NCBI GenBank assembly: GCA_951406725.2
Contig: OX597818.1
Coordinates: 47,616,001 to 47,680,000 of the forward strand
DNA length: 64,000 bases
Origin: Octopus vulgaris
Lineage: Eukaryota
Reading direction: 5' to 3'
Shown here: in pieces, positions 51,235-63,689 of the stretch
Position numbering within the stretch: position 1 is the first letter of the stretch
Layout of the letters: each line of letters opens with the position of its first letter
Made by a program: the position numbers and the translations under genes
The notes under the pieces: model-generated
Databases searched by the model: none
Told to the model about the DNA's origin: nothing
Seen by the model: only the letters and a program-made list of their open reading frames with translations

Positions 51235-51505
51235 GAGTAAAAAGTTTTGATTGGTACAATAATGCACCATAATACAGGCAATGGGCTAAATACCTGTTGT
51301 AATTTAGTTATCCATAGTCTGATATGATATTTTGGAATAATATTCCTTCTTCAGATAACAGCAACTCCATCTAAGAATATCTGAAGAAGGAATATTATTC
51401 CGAAATATCAAATCAGACTATGGATAACTAAATTACAACAGGTATTTAGTCCATTGTCTGTATTATAGAGCATTGTTGTACCATTCAAAACTATTTTATT
51501 CTTTA
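51232..51505. mobile_element. Fold-back element with a hammerhead motif in each arm
   Basis: Arms ~51232-51357 and ~51378-51505 are reverse complements. The element is flanked by (TA)n. Confidence 0.7.
51377..51413 (+). ncRNA. Minimal hammerhead ribozyme motif
   Basis: atat-CTGAAGA-a-ggaat-att-attcc-GAA-ATAT-C-aaat. The mirror copy on the minus strand (51322-51357) has atat after the C, but its GAAA is changed to AAAA. Confidence 0.6.
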
Positions 51506-51564
51506 CAAACAATACACAATGCTTCAAGCAGACTACAATACTCTCATATATATATATATATATA

Positions 51565-51712
51565 TCATCATCATCATCGTTTAACGTCCGTTTTCCATGC
51601 TAGCATGGGTTGGATGGTTTAACCAAAGTCTGAGAAGTCAGGAAGCTGCACCAGGCACCTGTCTGATCTGGCAGTGTTTCTACAGCTGGATGCCCTTCCT
51701 AACGCCAACCAC
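51565..51712 (-). mobile_element. RTE-type LINE 3' end, antisense
   Basis: (CAT)n-cgtttaacgtccgttttccatgctagc...ggatgcccttcctaacgcc. Confidence 0.75.
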
Positions 51713-51732
51713 TATATATATATATATGTATG

Positions 51733-51786
<54 letters not shown>

Positions 51787-51877
51787 TAAGGGTAGAAATT
51801 GATATTTATCAATTAAGACCAGTGGTCTAGCATATTAAAAAGAATCGAAGATTAAAATATATATATACCAATTAAGG

Positions 51878-52047
51878 ATAGTATCAACATGCTAGATATA
51901 GATCAAATCGTCATCACACAAAAGATTATCAGATCAAACTCAACAAACTTTGTGTTGAGTTTGATCTGAGAACATAATCTTTTGTGGTGAATGAATTTGA
52001 CGTCTATTCTAGCATGTTGACTGTCCCTTTTCGTGTTCATCTTAATG

Positions 52048-52105
<58 letters not shown>

Positions 52106-52308
52106 AATAAAAAAGGGTAGAATTAATTAATTCTAAATTCGACCGAGCAGTGTTCGGTATGTAAAATGACCATTTACGGTATATTTGAAATATTACTTTA
52201 TAAAAATAGGGTACCACACACCGAGCTTTTTAGAAATAACAACCAAAAATTTTTGGCTGCTATTTCTAAAAAGCTCGGTGTGTGGTAAAGTAAATTTTTA
52301 TAAAGTAA

Positions 52309-52312
<4 letters not shown>
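51878..52312. repeat. Two further fold-back elements in (TA)n (51878-52028 and 52190-52312)
   Basis: tcaacatgctaga..tcagatcaaactcaaca / tgttgagtttgatctga..tctagcatgttga, and taccacacaccgagctttttagaaata / tatttctaaaaagctcggtgtgtggta. Confidence 0.8.
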
Positions 52313-52364
<52 letters not shown>

Positions 52365-52419
52365 ACCATAGGGGAGTGACTTCTAGCATATGGATGTTCA
52401 CTTAGGGGTCATCCCTCTA

Positions 52420-52466
<47 letters not shown>

Positions 52467-52469
<3 letters not shown>

Positions 52470-52628
52470 CACTACACTCACGGAGTGGTTGGCGTTAGGA
52501 AGGGCATCCAGCTGTAGAAACACTGCCAGATCAGACTGGGCCTGGTGTAGCCTCCTGGCTTCCCAGACCCCAGTAGAACCGTCCAGCCCATGCTAGCATG
52601 GAAAGCGGACGTTAAACGATGATGATGA
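52467..52628 (+). mobile_element. RTE-type LINE 3' end
   Basis: Family tail inserted in (TA)n. Confidence 0.75.
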
Positions 52629-52894
52629 TACATATATACATGTTCCTTTCAAAGACCATAGCAACTTTTTAGCTGACCCTAAAAGCAGGCTTATTAGCCC
52701 AACTATATGTATGTATATGTCTTTATTTACACCCGCATGTCTCTCTAATGATGATGTTATATATTTATATGCATATAATGTTAAAGGACCATATATATAC
52801 TTTCTTAGTTGACCCTAAATGCCGGCCTATTAACCCGACTTTCTGTGTATGTGTATAAATATACACATATAATTACGTGATATGTGTTCGCGCG

Positions 52895-52926
52895 CGTATA
52901 TGTATATATATGTATGCATATGTGTA

Positions 52927-52957
<31 letters not shown>

Positions 52958-53009
52958 GCATGTATATATGTTTGTACGTATGTATATATGTATGTATGTA
53001 TGTGTGTAT

Positions 53010-53095
<86 letters not shown>

Positions 53096-53100
53096 GTCTA

Positions 53101-53140
<40 letters not shown>

Positions 53141-53470
53141 TATATATATATATACATATGCATATATATATATATATCACAATAATTTGGATCCATAAAT
53201 TGAATAGTGTGTTTTATATATGTAGATATGTATATGTATGTTTGCAGGTATACGTATGAATGTGTGTGTATGTGTGTGTGTATATATGTATATATACATA
53301 CACACACACACATATACATATATAAATATATATATATACATATATATATACACACATATACATATATAAATATATATATATACTATGTATGCATGTGTAT
53401 ATATAAGTATGTATGTATGTGTGTATATAAATATATATATATATATATACGCTATGTATACATGTATATA
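52895..53470. repeat. Compound (TA)/(TATG)/(TCTA)n microsatellite block
   Basis: (TCTA)n at about 53011-53140 within TA/TG/CA repeats. Confidence 0.9.
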
Positions 53471-53850
53471 ACGGTATATCGGCGTTTTGCGATAGTCTAC
53501 GTACGAAAATACGCCTCATAGATATTATTTTTAGTCGAAAAGAATTATAATTTATGTAATTATAGCATTTTTCGTTTAATTTCCTTTTGTTTTCAATTAA
53601 TGTTCAAATGTCCGTATTGATTCATATCATGAAATGTTTCCCCAGGAAGACAGACTTTCTTAATTATCGCCATTGTTTTGACTGAAGGCGTGAAAAAAGC
53701 AAATAAAATGCTTTAGAATAATATCCCAGACACATTTCTCCTGACAACAGTGCTTTTGCTTTATTCTGAAGAGAAGAACTAAACATAAACAAGCACAAAA
53801 CTAAACATACTCGAAGCCTTGCTATTTGTGAATGGTCTTTTAAGGTGAGA
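53470..53850 (+). promoter_or_regulatory. Candidate promoter and non-coding first exon of the BTB gene
   Basis: Unique sequence starts after the repeat field, CpGs are locally retained (53470-53520), and there is a good donor AAG|GTGAGA at 53844/53845. Confidence 0.3.
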
Positions 53851-55499
53851 CGAAAGGAAAACTATTTTCTAGCCTGGCCATTGATATTAATACGAAACAT
53901 GTAACACAAATTTTGTCTTTTATTTTAGCCCCGGTGTTTTTCTTTGTAAAAAAAATTTTATTTGCTAATCATTATCAGCTAGTTTCCCGATGTACACTTG
54001 TAAATAACGTTTGGTACATTAAGTTTGATGAAAGTTTCTTCTCTAGCAAGCACCATACTCTTAATTATAATGTAGCAGAGATAATTACAACACGTACCCG
54101 CTGTGTGTTATTAATTTAAAATTATTTTGTGATATCTTTTAATTTACTAGCTCGCATCATTTTATTTACTAATAAGAATCGAGGTCACTGCAAAATCTCT
54201 TCTCCTTTATACTTTTCATAAGATTTTCCCTGGATATTTTCCCGTTTTTCTCTAATTTATTTTCAGTAATTCACTAAAATATTGTCTTGTCTTAGACATA
54301 AAATATAATTTTTACAAGCAAGTTATTGCTAATTCTATCATAGAATTAGTTTCCACCTATTTCTGATTTTAACGTTTTTATCCTCTTTGTAATAACTTGC
54401 CTCAGTTTTCCTCTCGAAAATATTTTCCAATATTGAAATTAAAAACTACAGGCCTTAAATTATTTGTAATTAATGTAAAATTAACTGGAGTCTGTTAATT
54501 TTACTTCAGTAACCTAAGACAAAGGGTTGTTGCTCATTAACTCTAATATATATATATTCGTTCATATTTAATGTAATTTTTGATTCTTGTAAAAAATTAA
54601 AAAAGCATTGCTAAATATTACTGTAAAATTTTATTGTAGTTCATTAGATTTCTGTTTGGTAAACGAATAGTCTTTTTGTTTATATATCAAAATAGTTCCC
54701 TGATTCCCTCACCTTAAGTGATTTTATGCTACATTGTGTGCTAATCGAGGGAGTTTCTCTCTAGACGTTGTCACTTGATGTGTTAGAAATAGCAACCTAA
54801 TCTGCTTCTTAAATAATAAGAGGAATCCTTAGCAAATGCAGCCCTGCATACGGTAAATTTTAAAAATTTGTATCTGTCTGAAAACTCTGATCGGCGGATT
54901 TTCGGAATAGCTATCATTTACCCCTTGGAAAAATAAAAGGGCAAGGAATTGGATAGTCATCTTTTTGTCTCCTATAAAAGAATTTTTGTTAAAAAAATTA
55001 AATTTATTTTTACATTTTCGCCCTCCTCCCCCAATGCCATGCTCTTTCCCAGAGATGGATGTAATAGTTAATTACAGTAGATTATAGATGGAATGTTTTT
55101 GCTCGGTCATGGTTCGCTTTGGGTTAAACAACAGATTAATTTCTAAGACTATATATACATATATAGCAGTGGTGTGTGTGTCTTAGATTTATGAGCAAAT
55201 AATTTTAACTCTCGGAAGAGTTTGTAAGCATGAAATATAAGTTTATTATTATTATTACTCTCTGTAAATTCATTAGAAATGAATATCCTAATTATGGTTT
55301 ACTGTAACAAAATTATTTCTGGCGTATTTAATAAAATATTCTTTATTATTCAAATAATGAAAGGTTGGGGAGTAATCGATTTGACTTAAATAATTTGTAA
55401 CAAGTAAAACTTGTAAATCTATTCTGTGTGTAGACAGTGTTTAAATCAATATTTTCAACAATCCAAATCAATTAGTATGTCAATTTTCAGCATTTGATA

Positions 55500-55700
55500 T
55501 TTGGTTTCAAATTTTGGCACAAAGCCAGCAAGCTCGGGGAAGTGGGTAAGTCGATTATATCGACCCCAGTGCTCAGCTGGTATTTATTTTATCGAACCGA
55601 AAGGATGAATGGCAAAGTCTACCTGGGTGGGATCTTGAACTCAGAACATAAAAATGGACGAAATGCCGCCAAGCATTTTGCCCAGCGTGCTAGCGATTCA
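55500..55700 (-). mobile_element. tRNA-derived SINE, antisense, older copy
   Basis: taagtcgattatatcgaccccagtg...gaaaggatgaatggcaaagtc...gaactcagaac. Confidence 0.7.
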
Positions 55701-56599
55701 TATCATATTACCATGTGATTTGACTTGTATGCATTACGTCAGTTTTGATCGACCTAACCTCCAATTGAGGGCTCGTTTGTTGGCCACAGCTGTCTGTCAT
55801 CTTGCAGATATTGTCTATACTTCTATAGAAATGTTACTAGCTATGTATGATCAAATAATGTAATGTTCAGCAACATTAGAGAAATGATACTTCTCAGTTA
55901 GGTGACAGGCTTTATGTACGATTGACAGCTGCTCCATTTCCTAGGCGTGGATAAGTGGGAAGGACAAAAAAGGTGCATAAAATATTGAAGTAATATCTGA
56001 CGTGTACCTAAGATCTGAGTTAGGAATTCACGGTTCAAGATTTATGGATTTTTTATGGTTTGTTGCTTGCAATGAGTAAGTTGTTTAGAGTTGGTCATTG
56101 GGACTAGAACTAGTTTGCTGTGTTTCAGACTGTTGTACAGAAATTAACTCTTCTGACGACAACAATTGTGCAATTCAGTGGCCTTTGGCAACGATGACAA
56201 GGTATTCAATAAATTGATATAAAATAAGGTAAACTGAACTTTTGAAACAAATTCCAATGATGTTTACATAATGAAGTCAACTAATTTGACACGGGCAAGA
56301 TAGCTCTGCTTATGAACATGTAGTGTTTATAAAAGATGCTACATGTAAAGGAGAATAACTGTTGTCTGTTGTGAGCTGGTAATCATTGATGATTTTATGT
56401 GATAAAGTTCATTTTAGAAGAATATTTTAAAGAAAAAAAATGGCAATTAATATACATGTGACTGGAGAGTTATGTAAAAAAGAAATAATGTAGATAAACT
56501 AATGTCAATTTGATCTCAAAATTTTAAGGTTATTCATAAATTGATCATCATTTAACTGGTATTCATTAAATTATATCATGTATTGCTTCCTATGAAGTT

Positions 56600-57950
56600 A
56601 TACTTCATCTCAACCATTTTTAGCATAAGAATTTTAGTCCTTAATTTTGAATCCTGATAGTATGCTTTTACAAAATTACTTTTACTAGTTGTTATTATTA
56701 TTTCTTCATATCTCAAATTAAGTCGGTTCTATATAAATAGTCCTCTGGATTTTGTTTTTACAATTTCCCAATATTACTGAATTATATTGTTGCCACTTGA
56801 TTCATTTCTGTGATAAACAAATGCACTTCAAATTAGCATCCACTACCCTCCTACATATTGGTCTATTCCTTAGATTCATATTTAATGGCCAATAGATTAC
56901 ACTCAAGCCATTTATTTTTCATTCTTTGTACATTCTCTTGTTTTCATTTCCCCTCTTCAATCTCAATAAAATATTGCTTTTTGAATCATCTTATGCAGTG
57001 GTTCTCAACTATTTTTTTTACCTTTGAATCCTATTTTTCTCTGGTGGACCTTTAAAGCATTTCAGTGTTTAAAAAACCCTATTTATTATACTTTTATAAT
57101 TAAATATTTTTAGGAATTTTACAAAAAGGTTGTTAAAACAATTTATGTGTTGTAGAAGCATAACCAATTTATTGCACATAAATTTTAACAACAAAATCTT
57201 AGGATGACCTCAGTTGAGAACCTCTGATACACAGTCATTCTTTTGAAAGGTTCATTAAAATTCTGAGAATTTGTCTTAACGTTTTTCAGCTTCTATTAGC
57301 TCTAGTGACTCGTATAGATCATGTCTCATAGATCAATGTTTCTCAACCCGGAATTAAATTTTTTAGCCCTTAAAATTAGTTTGCACATGAAGACTAATTC
57401 TATAAAACATGTTTAAACATAACAAACCCAAGGAAGATAATTGTATAACTAAGGGCAGACAATCCAACATAAGTTCATCTTTGGGTCAATGGTAAGTTGC
57501 CCGACCTTTTGGAAGTAGCCATCAAATTCCTTTAACTTACATTTTCCTATCTTAAAAAATTGAAGAAAGCCTTGTAGAACATAGACATAGGTATGTAAAA
57601 AATCGAGGTGAATAAGGCTGGACCGCTTTTAACTGTAGGTCTGCTCATCTGTCAAAACTGAGGTAAGACTAATGGTGGAAAACAACAGAGCATATTAATT
57701 GAAGAAAGTTCTGGTGCACTTAGAATATTTACAAAGTACATTGCACATAAGGAGCTATAAAATAATACTAATAACACACACACATACTTCCTCAACCATT
57801 TTTAGCATAAGAATTTTAGTCCTTAATTTAGAATCCTGATTGTATGCTTTTACAAAATTACTTTTACTAGTTGTCTTCATTATTTCTTCTAATTATCTCA
57901 AATTAAGTCTGTTCTATATAAATAGTCCTCAGGGTTTTGTTTTTACAATT
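56600..57950 (+). repeat. ~160-bp direct duplication (56600-56766 and 57784-57950)
   Basis: ctcaaccatttttagcataagaattttagtccttaattt...ttttgtttttacaattt occurs twice with few differences. Confidence 0.85.
56996..57226. mobile_element. hAT (Charlie-like) MITE
   Basis: TIRs cagtggttctcaact / agttgagaacctctg. The TSD is no longer recognisable. Confidence 0.55.
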
Positions 57951-58625
57951 TACACACAATACTGTGTGTGATGCTATGTAAAAACCACCCAATACACTCT
58001 GTAAAGTGGTTGGTGTTAAGAAGGGCATCCTTCCTTGGAAACATTGCCAAAGCAGGCAGCAGAACTTGGCACAGTTCTTTGTCTTGCGAGCTCCTGTCAA
58101 ACCATCCAGTATGGAAGGCAGATGTTAAATGGTGATAATGATGAATTAATAAAAAATTTCTTGACTTAATATAATAATAATGAAATTATTGTATACAGTG
58201 CTCAGGTGCACCACAACTTGTCAAAAGTGCGTATAAAGCATATGCAGTAATGTACAAATGTCTGGGAAGTGAACAGTGTATGAGTCAGATACATGCTTGC
58301 GTGTGTATGGATGGGAGAAAATCAGGTGTAGTGTTGGCGAATCTCAGGAAGCAAGGAAGTTTTGGAGGATGCAAAAACAATAATTCCTTAATTCTTTTGT
58401 GTCATTGCTGCTTTCTAATAAGGAATATTTCAAGAAATTTCATCAAAAATGCTTACAAAGACACATGAACATAATAGACACATCCCAAATTTCAACCCAT
58501 ATATCCAGGGAAAATGTTTCTAGTGCAACTGTCATCAGTTTTTATAATATTTCTATTGTATTTGCAGGTATACCTTGAATTCCTATGTTTCTGAATTCCC
58601 CCTACTGTTGTAATATACCTGCAAA

Positions 58626-58751
58626 ATGGTATATGAACAAGCTTACCTGGATCAAGACCATGGCTCTCAAGCAATGACTGTGCTTTGTGAATTGTGGAAA
58701 AAACAAACTCTCTGTGATGCTACTGTTCAAGCTGGATCATATAAGATTAAA
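58626..58751 (+). CDS. BTB/POZ-domain protein, first coding exon (exon starts at 58568)
   Basis: tttgcAG| acceptor, then aaaATGG. Encodes MVYEQAYLDQDHGSQAMTVLCELWKKQTLCDATVQAGSYKIK|GTAAGA. The phase-0 join to VHKTVL completes the BTB LCD...HK.VL motif. Not present in the ORF track. Confidence 0.9.
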
Positions 58752-58786
58752 GTAAGAATTCTCTACAATTCCTTGTTAACGTTTTA

Positions 58787-59513
58787 GGGATCTTTTCACT
58801 TTGACCGGCAGATTTTAAAAATAATTTCTATGTAACTAAAATATTTTAAACTTCGTATACTGGTAGAATGTGTATATAAAATATCTTTTTCTCTTGGCTT
58901 TATTAAGAAAATTCTGTAGTTTGTAACATATTTGTTGTTTAATTTCTTGCATTTGGGCAATTTCAACCAATCAATGATGTCTATTGAGGTGAATTCAATT
59001 TCTGCCGTAACATTTTCTGGCAACACGGTATGAAAATGTCCGTTTTTAATGAGAAAAAAGATACCCTGTGGCCATAAACTGAGGAGTCACTCATAAACAG
59101 AGCTGGATAATAAAACCGTTCCCTCTTTAGTGTCCACCCATAATTATGACCCTAGTATTGATCTATTGCATTTCAATCTGTTTTAGGGGTGGGGGGGAGG
59201 GTATCTTTTTTTCTTCAGAAATATAAATAAACCCAATCTGTTTCTTAAACGAATATATAATATGTAACAGGGACATTTTCATATGACGCCGCCAGAAAAT
59301 GTTATGGCAGAAATTGTTTTCACCTCAGTAGACGTCATTGATTAGTTGAAATTGCTGAAATGCAAGAAATTAAACAATAAATATGTTACAAACTACAGAA
59401 TTTTCTCAAGAAAGCCAAGAGAAAAAGATGTTTTATAAACACATTCCACCAGTATACGAAGTTTAAAATTTTTTAGTTACATAGAAATCTGCTGGTCAAA
59501 GTGAAAAGATCCC
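58787..59513. mobile_element. MITE/fold-back DNA transposon with ~250-bp TIRs
   Basis: GGGATCTTTTCACTTTGACC ... GGTCAAAGTGAAAAGATCCC. Arms are 58787-59041 and 59271-59513, with apparent 6-bp TSD gtttta/atttta. A solo arm fragment lies at about 45530-45630. Confidence 0.85.
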
Positions 59514-59619
59514 ATTTTAGCATTCAGATTACTCTGTCAAATGTATTGCTTATTTTGAATTAGTAATGCATTATCTTGTAGATTCAAGATTTCAATGATG
59601 TGATTGCTTATTTTTACAA

Positions 59620-59996
59620 TGATCTATTGAGTCAAGTACATCAAAATCAATATCAAAGGGAAATTGTAGTTGTGATACCTGTGCCAGTGACATGTAAAAA
59701 GCACCATCCAAATGTGGCCGATGCCAGCGCTGCCTTGACTGGCTTCCATGCCGGTGGCATGTAAAAAGCACCAACTGATCGTGGCCGTTTCCAGCCTCCC
59801 CTTGCACCTGTGCCGGTGGCACGTAAAAAGCACCCACTACACTCATGGAGTGGTTGGCGTTAGGAAGGGCATCCAGCTGTAGAAGCATTGCCAGATCAGA
59901 CTGGAGCCTGGTGCAGCCTCCTGGCTTCCCAGACCCTGGTCGAACCGTCCAACCCATGCTAGCATGGAAAACGAATGTTAAACGATGATGATGATG
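59620..59996 (+). mobile_element. RTE-type LINE 3' end
   Basis: Family repeats and a (GAT)n tail. Confidence 0.75.
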
Positions 59997-60819
59997 TACT
60001 GGGTGTGTTTTTCTTGACATCAGTGCTACAGAGATACCATGTCATTGTCATGTCTAAAGGGACTTCACAACACCATATCTGTGCTTGCTTACCAGCCTCT
60101 TTTTACAGAGCAAGAAGCACAAATGGTAGTGATATGAGGGATGTGGGAAAGCAAGATGAGTGAGAGGAAAACTCAATACTCTGAGTTAGATATGAATATT
60201 CAAAGTGATATGGCAAGGGGGAGGTAATTCAGTGGATAAAGGAATGACAGAGGGATCTCAGAGACCCGGAAGGAAAGGAATATGTGTATGCTGGTAGATA
60301 GGGTGACATTGGGTGGAGACAGGCAATACAGGAAGTGAGAATGAAAGTAGAGTGAGCTGGGCACAAGGGATCTAATGTAACCACCTACACATCGGTGATG
60401 AGGTGAGGCAGAGGGGTTGGGTAATGAGGATGGTGACATGGTGGATGGAAAAAAGTGGGTCTTGTATCAGAGAGATGCATAAAGTAGTGATGGGGGAAAG
60501 CGTTATGTGTTACATGCAATAAAGAGTATGAAAAACGCTGTGAAAAATTGGTTTAAAAGAGTGAACAATATATATTGCAAAAGATATATGTTGTACAAAA
60601 ATAAACCCCAACCCAGAAATGTTCAGAGTGGTTTTGATGGTCACATATGTTCTCTGAGTGCTTTGTAAAGAGTCATAAATTGATATAAAACTCAAGTATG
60701 GTGAGGAAAAAGATAACAGGTTTTTTTTTAAACAGAAAACTGATGTTGTTGGAGAAGACTTGTCTAGCCATGGAAGCTGGTGGTAGTGTTGCTAGAAATT
60801 GGGATTTGGATCTATCTAT

Positions 60820-61072
60820 ATCTCTGCCTCTCCATTATTCTGTCTCATCACAGCAGGCAGCAGGCATGGCATCAGATCAGTCATTATTCAATTCCCCTCC
60901 ATCACCATTCTTACTGTCTTTAATCACTCTCTTCTGCATCTATCTATACCTCTGCCTCCCCATTATTCTGTCTCATCGCACCACCTATGCAGCAGGCATG
61001 GCATCAGATCAGTCATTATTCAATCCCCCTCCATCACCATTCTTACTGTCTTTAATCGCTCTCTTCTGCATT
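60820..61072 (+). repeat. ~130-bp tandem duplication
   Basis: gcagcaggcatggcatcagatcagtcattattcaat..ccatcaccattcttactgtctttaatc occurs twice. Confidence 0.85.
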
Positions 61073-61204
61073 ACTCATTGATATCATTGACACTAGGCAT
61101 TACTCTTTCTCTCTCTCTTACCATCACCTGCCTTTATTCATCACTCTTTCTTTCTCTCTCTCTCTCTCTTATTCTTGTATCATTCATTGTTGTCATACAT
61201 CAAT

Positions 61205-61245
<41 letters not shown>

Positions 61246-61399
61246 CATTCTCTGTCATTTCTATTTCTTTCATTTGCATTTTGTTGTACATGCATATTGA
61301 TGTTGTACATCCAGCATAGCATGCTAGCTTCACTTCTTTCTATTCTTCACATATCCTCTGCTGCATTCATAACAAACATACAATCTGAGAGATAGGCCT

Positions 61400-62130
61400 T
61401 CTATCACCAGCAAATCAATAGTTCCCTTAACTTTCTCTAGCTGGTCCTTATTCTAGCAACAATACTTATAGAACATTCTCCTCCACTGCTAATTTGGTCA
61501 CCTAGGTAACAGAAACTATCTACAACCTTTGGGAAACCTCCTGGCTATTTGAGAAATTCTCCTTTCTGTGTGTTCTTAGTGTGTATTGCTTCTGTGCACC
61601 TGCCACAAACAATGTCTACTTTCTCTGTTGATATTTCTGTGATTCCACTGCACCTTTTATGTGTCAATAGTTTACGCTGTGGAGGTACATGGCCTAGTGG
61701 TTAGAGCAGCGGACTCGTGGTCGAGGGATCGCGGGTTTGAATCTCAGACTGGGTGATGTGTGTGTTTATGAGTGAAAACACCTAAGCTCCACGCAGCTCC
61801 GGCAGAAGGTAATGGCGAACTTCTGCTGACTCTTTCGCCACAACTTTCTCTCACTCTTTCCTCCTGCATCTTGCAGCTCATCTGCGACGGGCCGGCGTCC
61901 CATCCAGGTGGGGAACCTATACACCAAGAAACCGGGAAACTGGCCCTTATGAGCCAGGCATGGCTCAAGAAGGAACAAACAACAACAACAAAATTGTTTA
62001 CACTGGGTACACAATATGGAATTTCTTCTGTCCATTTTCCTAGAACTTTGGTCTTTGCTAAGTTAACTTCAAGGCCCTTTGATCCCAAGTTTTCCCAAGC
62101 CCTGCTGGACTCATACCTTGCTACCATGTC
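61400..62130 (-). mobile_element. Decayed RTE RT fragment interrupted by a SINE
   Basis: Minus strand reads KGLEVNLAKTKVL and VVDSFCYLGDQIS. Confidence 0.6.
61680..61990 (+). mobile_element. tRNA-derived SINE (third family)
   Basis: A box tggcctagtggttagagc, B box gggtttgaatctc and a (CAA)n tail. Confidence 0.75.
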
Positions 62131-62381
62131 AGCAACTGATAAGCTGTTTGTTCTTGGAGATTTTAATGCAAGAACAACCCCCCACATGGACTATGCACCA
62201 AATATGATCTGGCCATGGCTACGAACATCTTTTTCTAGCTTTTTCCAAAGAGGTTTTTACAGCTGATGTCCTCTGTAATTTAAGCAATGTTGGACTACAT
62301 ACTTAGCTAATTGTCTTGTGTGTGTGTGTGTGTGCACGTGTGTGCATGTGTGTGTGTGTGCATACATGAAGTTTATATGAA

Positions 62382-62705
62382 ACTAGCACTATGACCCGGC
62401 AACGCTAGGTCATAGTGCTAGTGCATGCATATACAGCTGCGTGTGTGCGCATATACACGTGAGTACTGTCCAAATCTCTGACCAATCACATACAGCTAGC
62501 TGGCATTCAATTGGCGTATCAAGTTTCGGGCATTTTGATTGGGTTTTGGATAGAAAATTCACAAAAAAGTCACTTTATTGATTTTTTTAATGGCTTTGCG
62601 GGGTGACTGGGGAAATGTAAAGATGTGCACGACCACCCTTGGACAGTTTTGAATGACCATAGAAAGTGCGAGCCCTCTAACTGAAAAATTGTGGACTTGT
62701 ATAAA

Positions 62706-62753
<48 letters not shown>

Positions 62754-62790
62754 ACAGACAGACATTTTGCCGTTTATAAATATAGAGATG
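62382..62790 (+). mobile_element. Non-autonomous Helitron/Helentron-like element
   Basis: Starts with the hairpin actagcactatgacc...ggtcatagtgctagt, has internal (CA)n, and ends ttttgccgtttataaatatagagat. Confidence 0.5.
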
Positions 62791-62825
62791 TGTATATTTA
62801 TGACATATTTAACAATTTGTTGTAG

Positions 62826-63622
62826 GTTCACAAGACTGTGCTAATGGTGGCTAGTCCAACGTTGTTGGCGTTGTGTCAGAATGGACCTTGTGAAGGACAT
62901 CTTCAAGTTCAATTACCAATTAATCTCCGTGGCGTGGATGCTCTTCACTGTTTTATAATGTATCTTTATGAAGGACTCCTAAATTTAAATGAAGAGAGTG
63001 TAATGGAGGTGCTTAATATAGCATCTTATCTTCAAGTAGAAACTGTAGTAAAATTTTGTCTCTCTTTCTTGGACTCTGCAAAAGAACAAAACGTTGTACT
63101 TAAAGCTGCTCTCTCCTCTCCATATGACACCTGTTTGTATAAAGTACTTAATGAATCATTATCCAAATCATCAGAATCAACCACTAATAAAAATAGTAAT
63201 TGGGTTTACCAACCTGAAAGTACCAATATCAAAACTAAAATCATCCATAAACCTCTCAGTTTGTCCTCATCAGAAACGAGCATTGTTATTTCCGAACGGA
63301 AAGATAAAAGCTTCTATGTTGAAAATTTAAATTTCAAGGGCAACTCACTTTCCTCTTCTCAGGCTGGAGAAAGTTCTTCATCTAAGAATATTTCTGAAGC
63401 TTCTAATGAAGCCGTCCAAATACAGTATAATATAATCGATGATGAAATCAAACCAAATATAGCACCCCAGAATTCTTCAACTTCTGAAAACTTTGTAGTA
63501 CAAGAAATATCAGAAACATACTCATTTTCACAAAATAACAATCATTCTTCTCCCTCGTCTGATTCTCATTTATTAAAATTAAAAGAAACCAATGATAAAA
63601 TTGACTCAAAATTGCATCATAG
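62826..63622 (+). CDS. BTB/POZ-domain protein, second coding exon (gene continues beyond the window; C2H2 ZBTB type plausible but no zinc fingers seen)
   Basis: tgtAG|GTT CAC AAG. Encodes VHKTVLMVASP...FIMYLYEG.L.L....V..VL..ASYLQV..VV..C..FL, then an S/N/E-rich linker. Donor AG|GTAAGT at 63622/63623. Confidence 0.92.
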
Positions 63623-63689
63623 GTAAGTACACGTTTTCTAAGAAATGACTAGTTTAAATGAATTGTTTTCAGCATTATAATTTCAAACC

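Noticed and set aside
56129-56201. Extra 5'UTR exon of the BTB gene (tttcAG|...AAG|GTATTC)
   Set aside because: The splice signals are plausible but cannot be distinguished from chance without transcript data.
60698-61395. 127-aa and 198-aa ORFs in the BTB intron
   Set aside because: They derive from a tandem duplication and (CT)n. The BTB exons join in frame without them.
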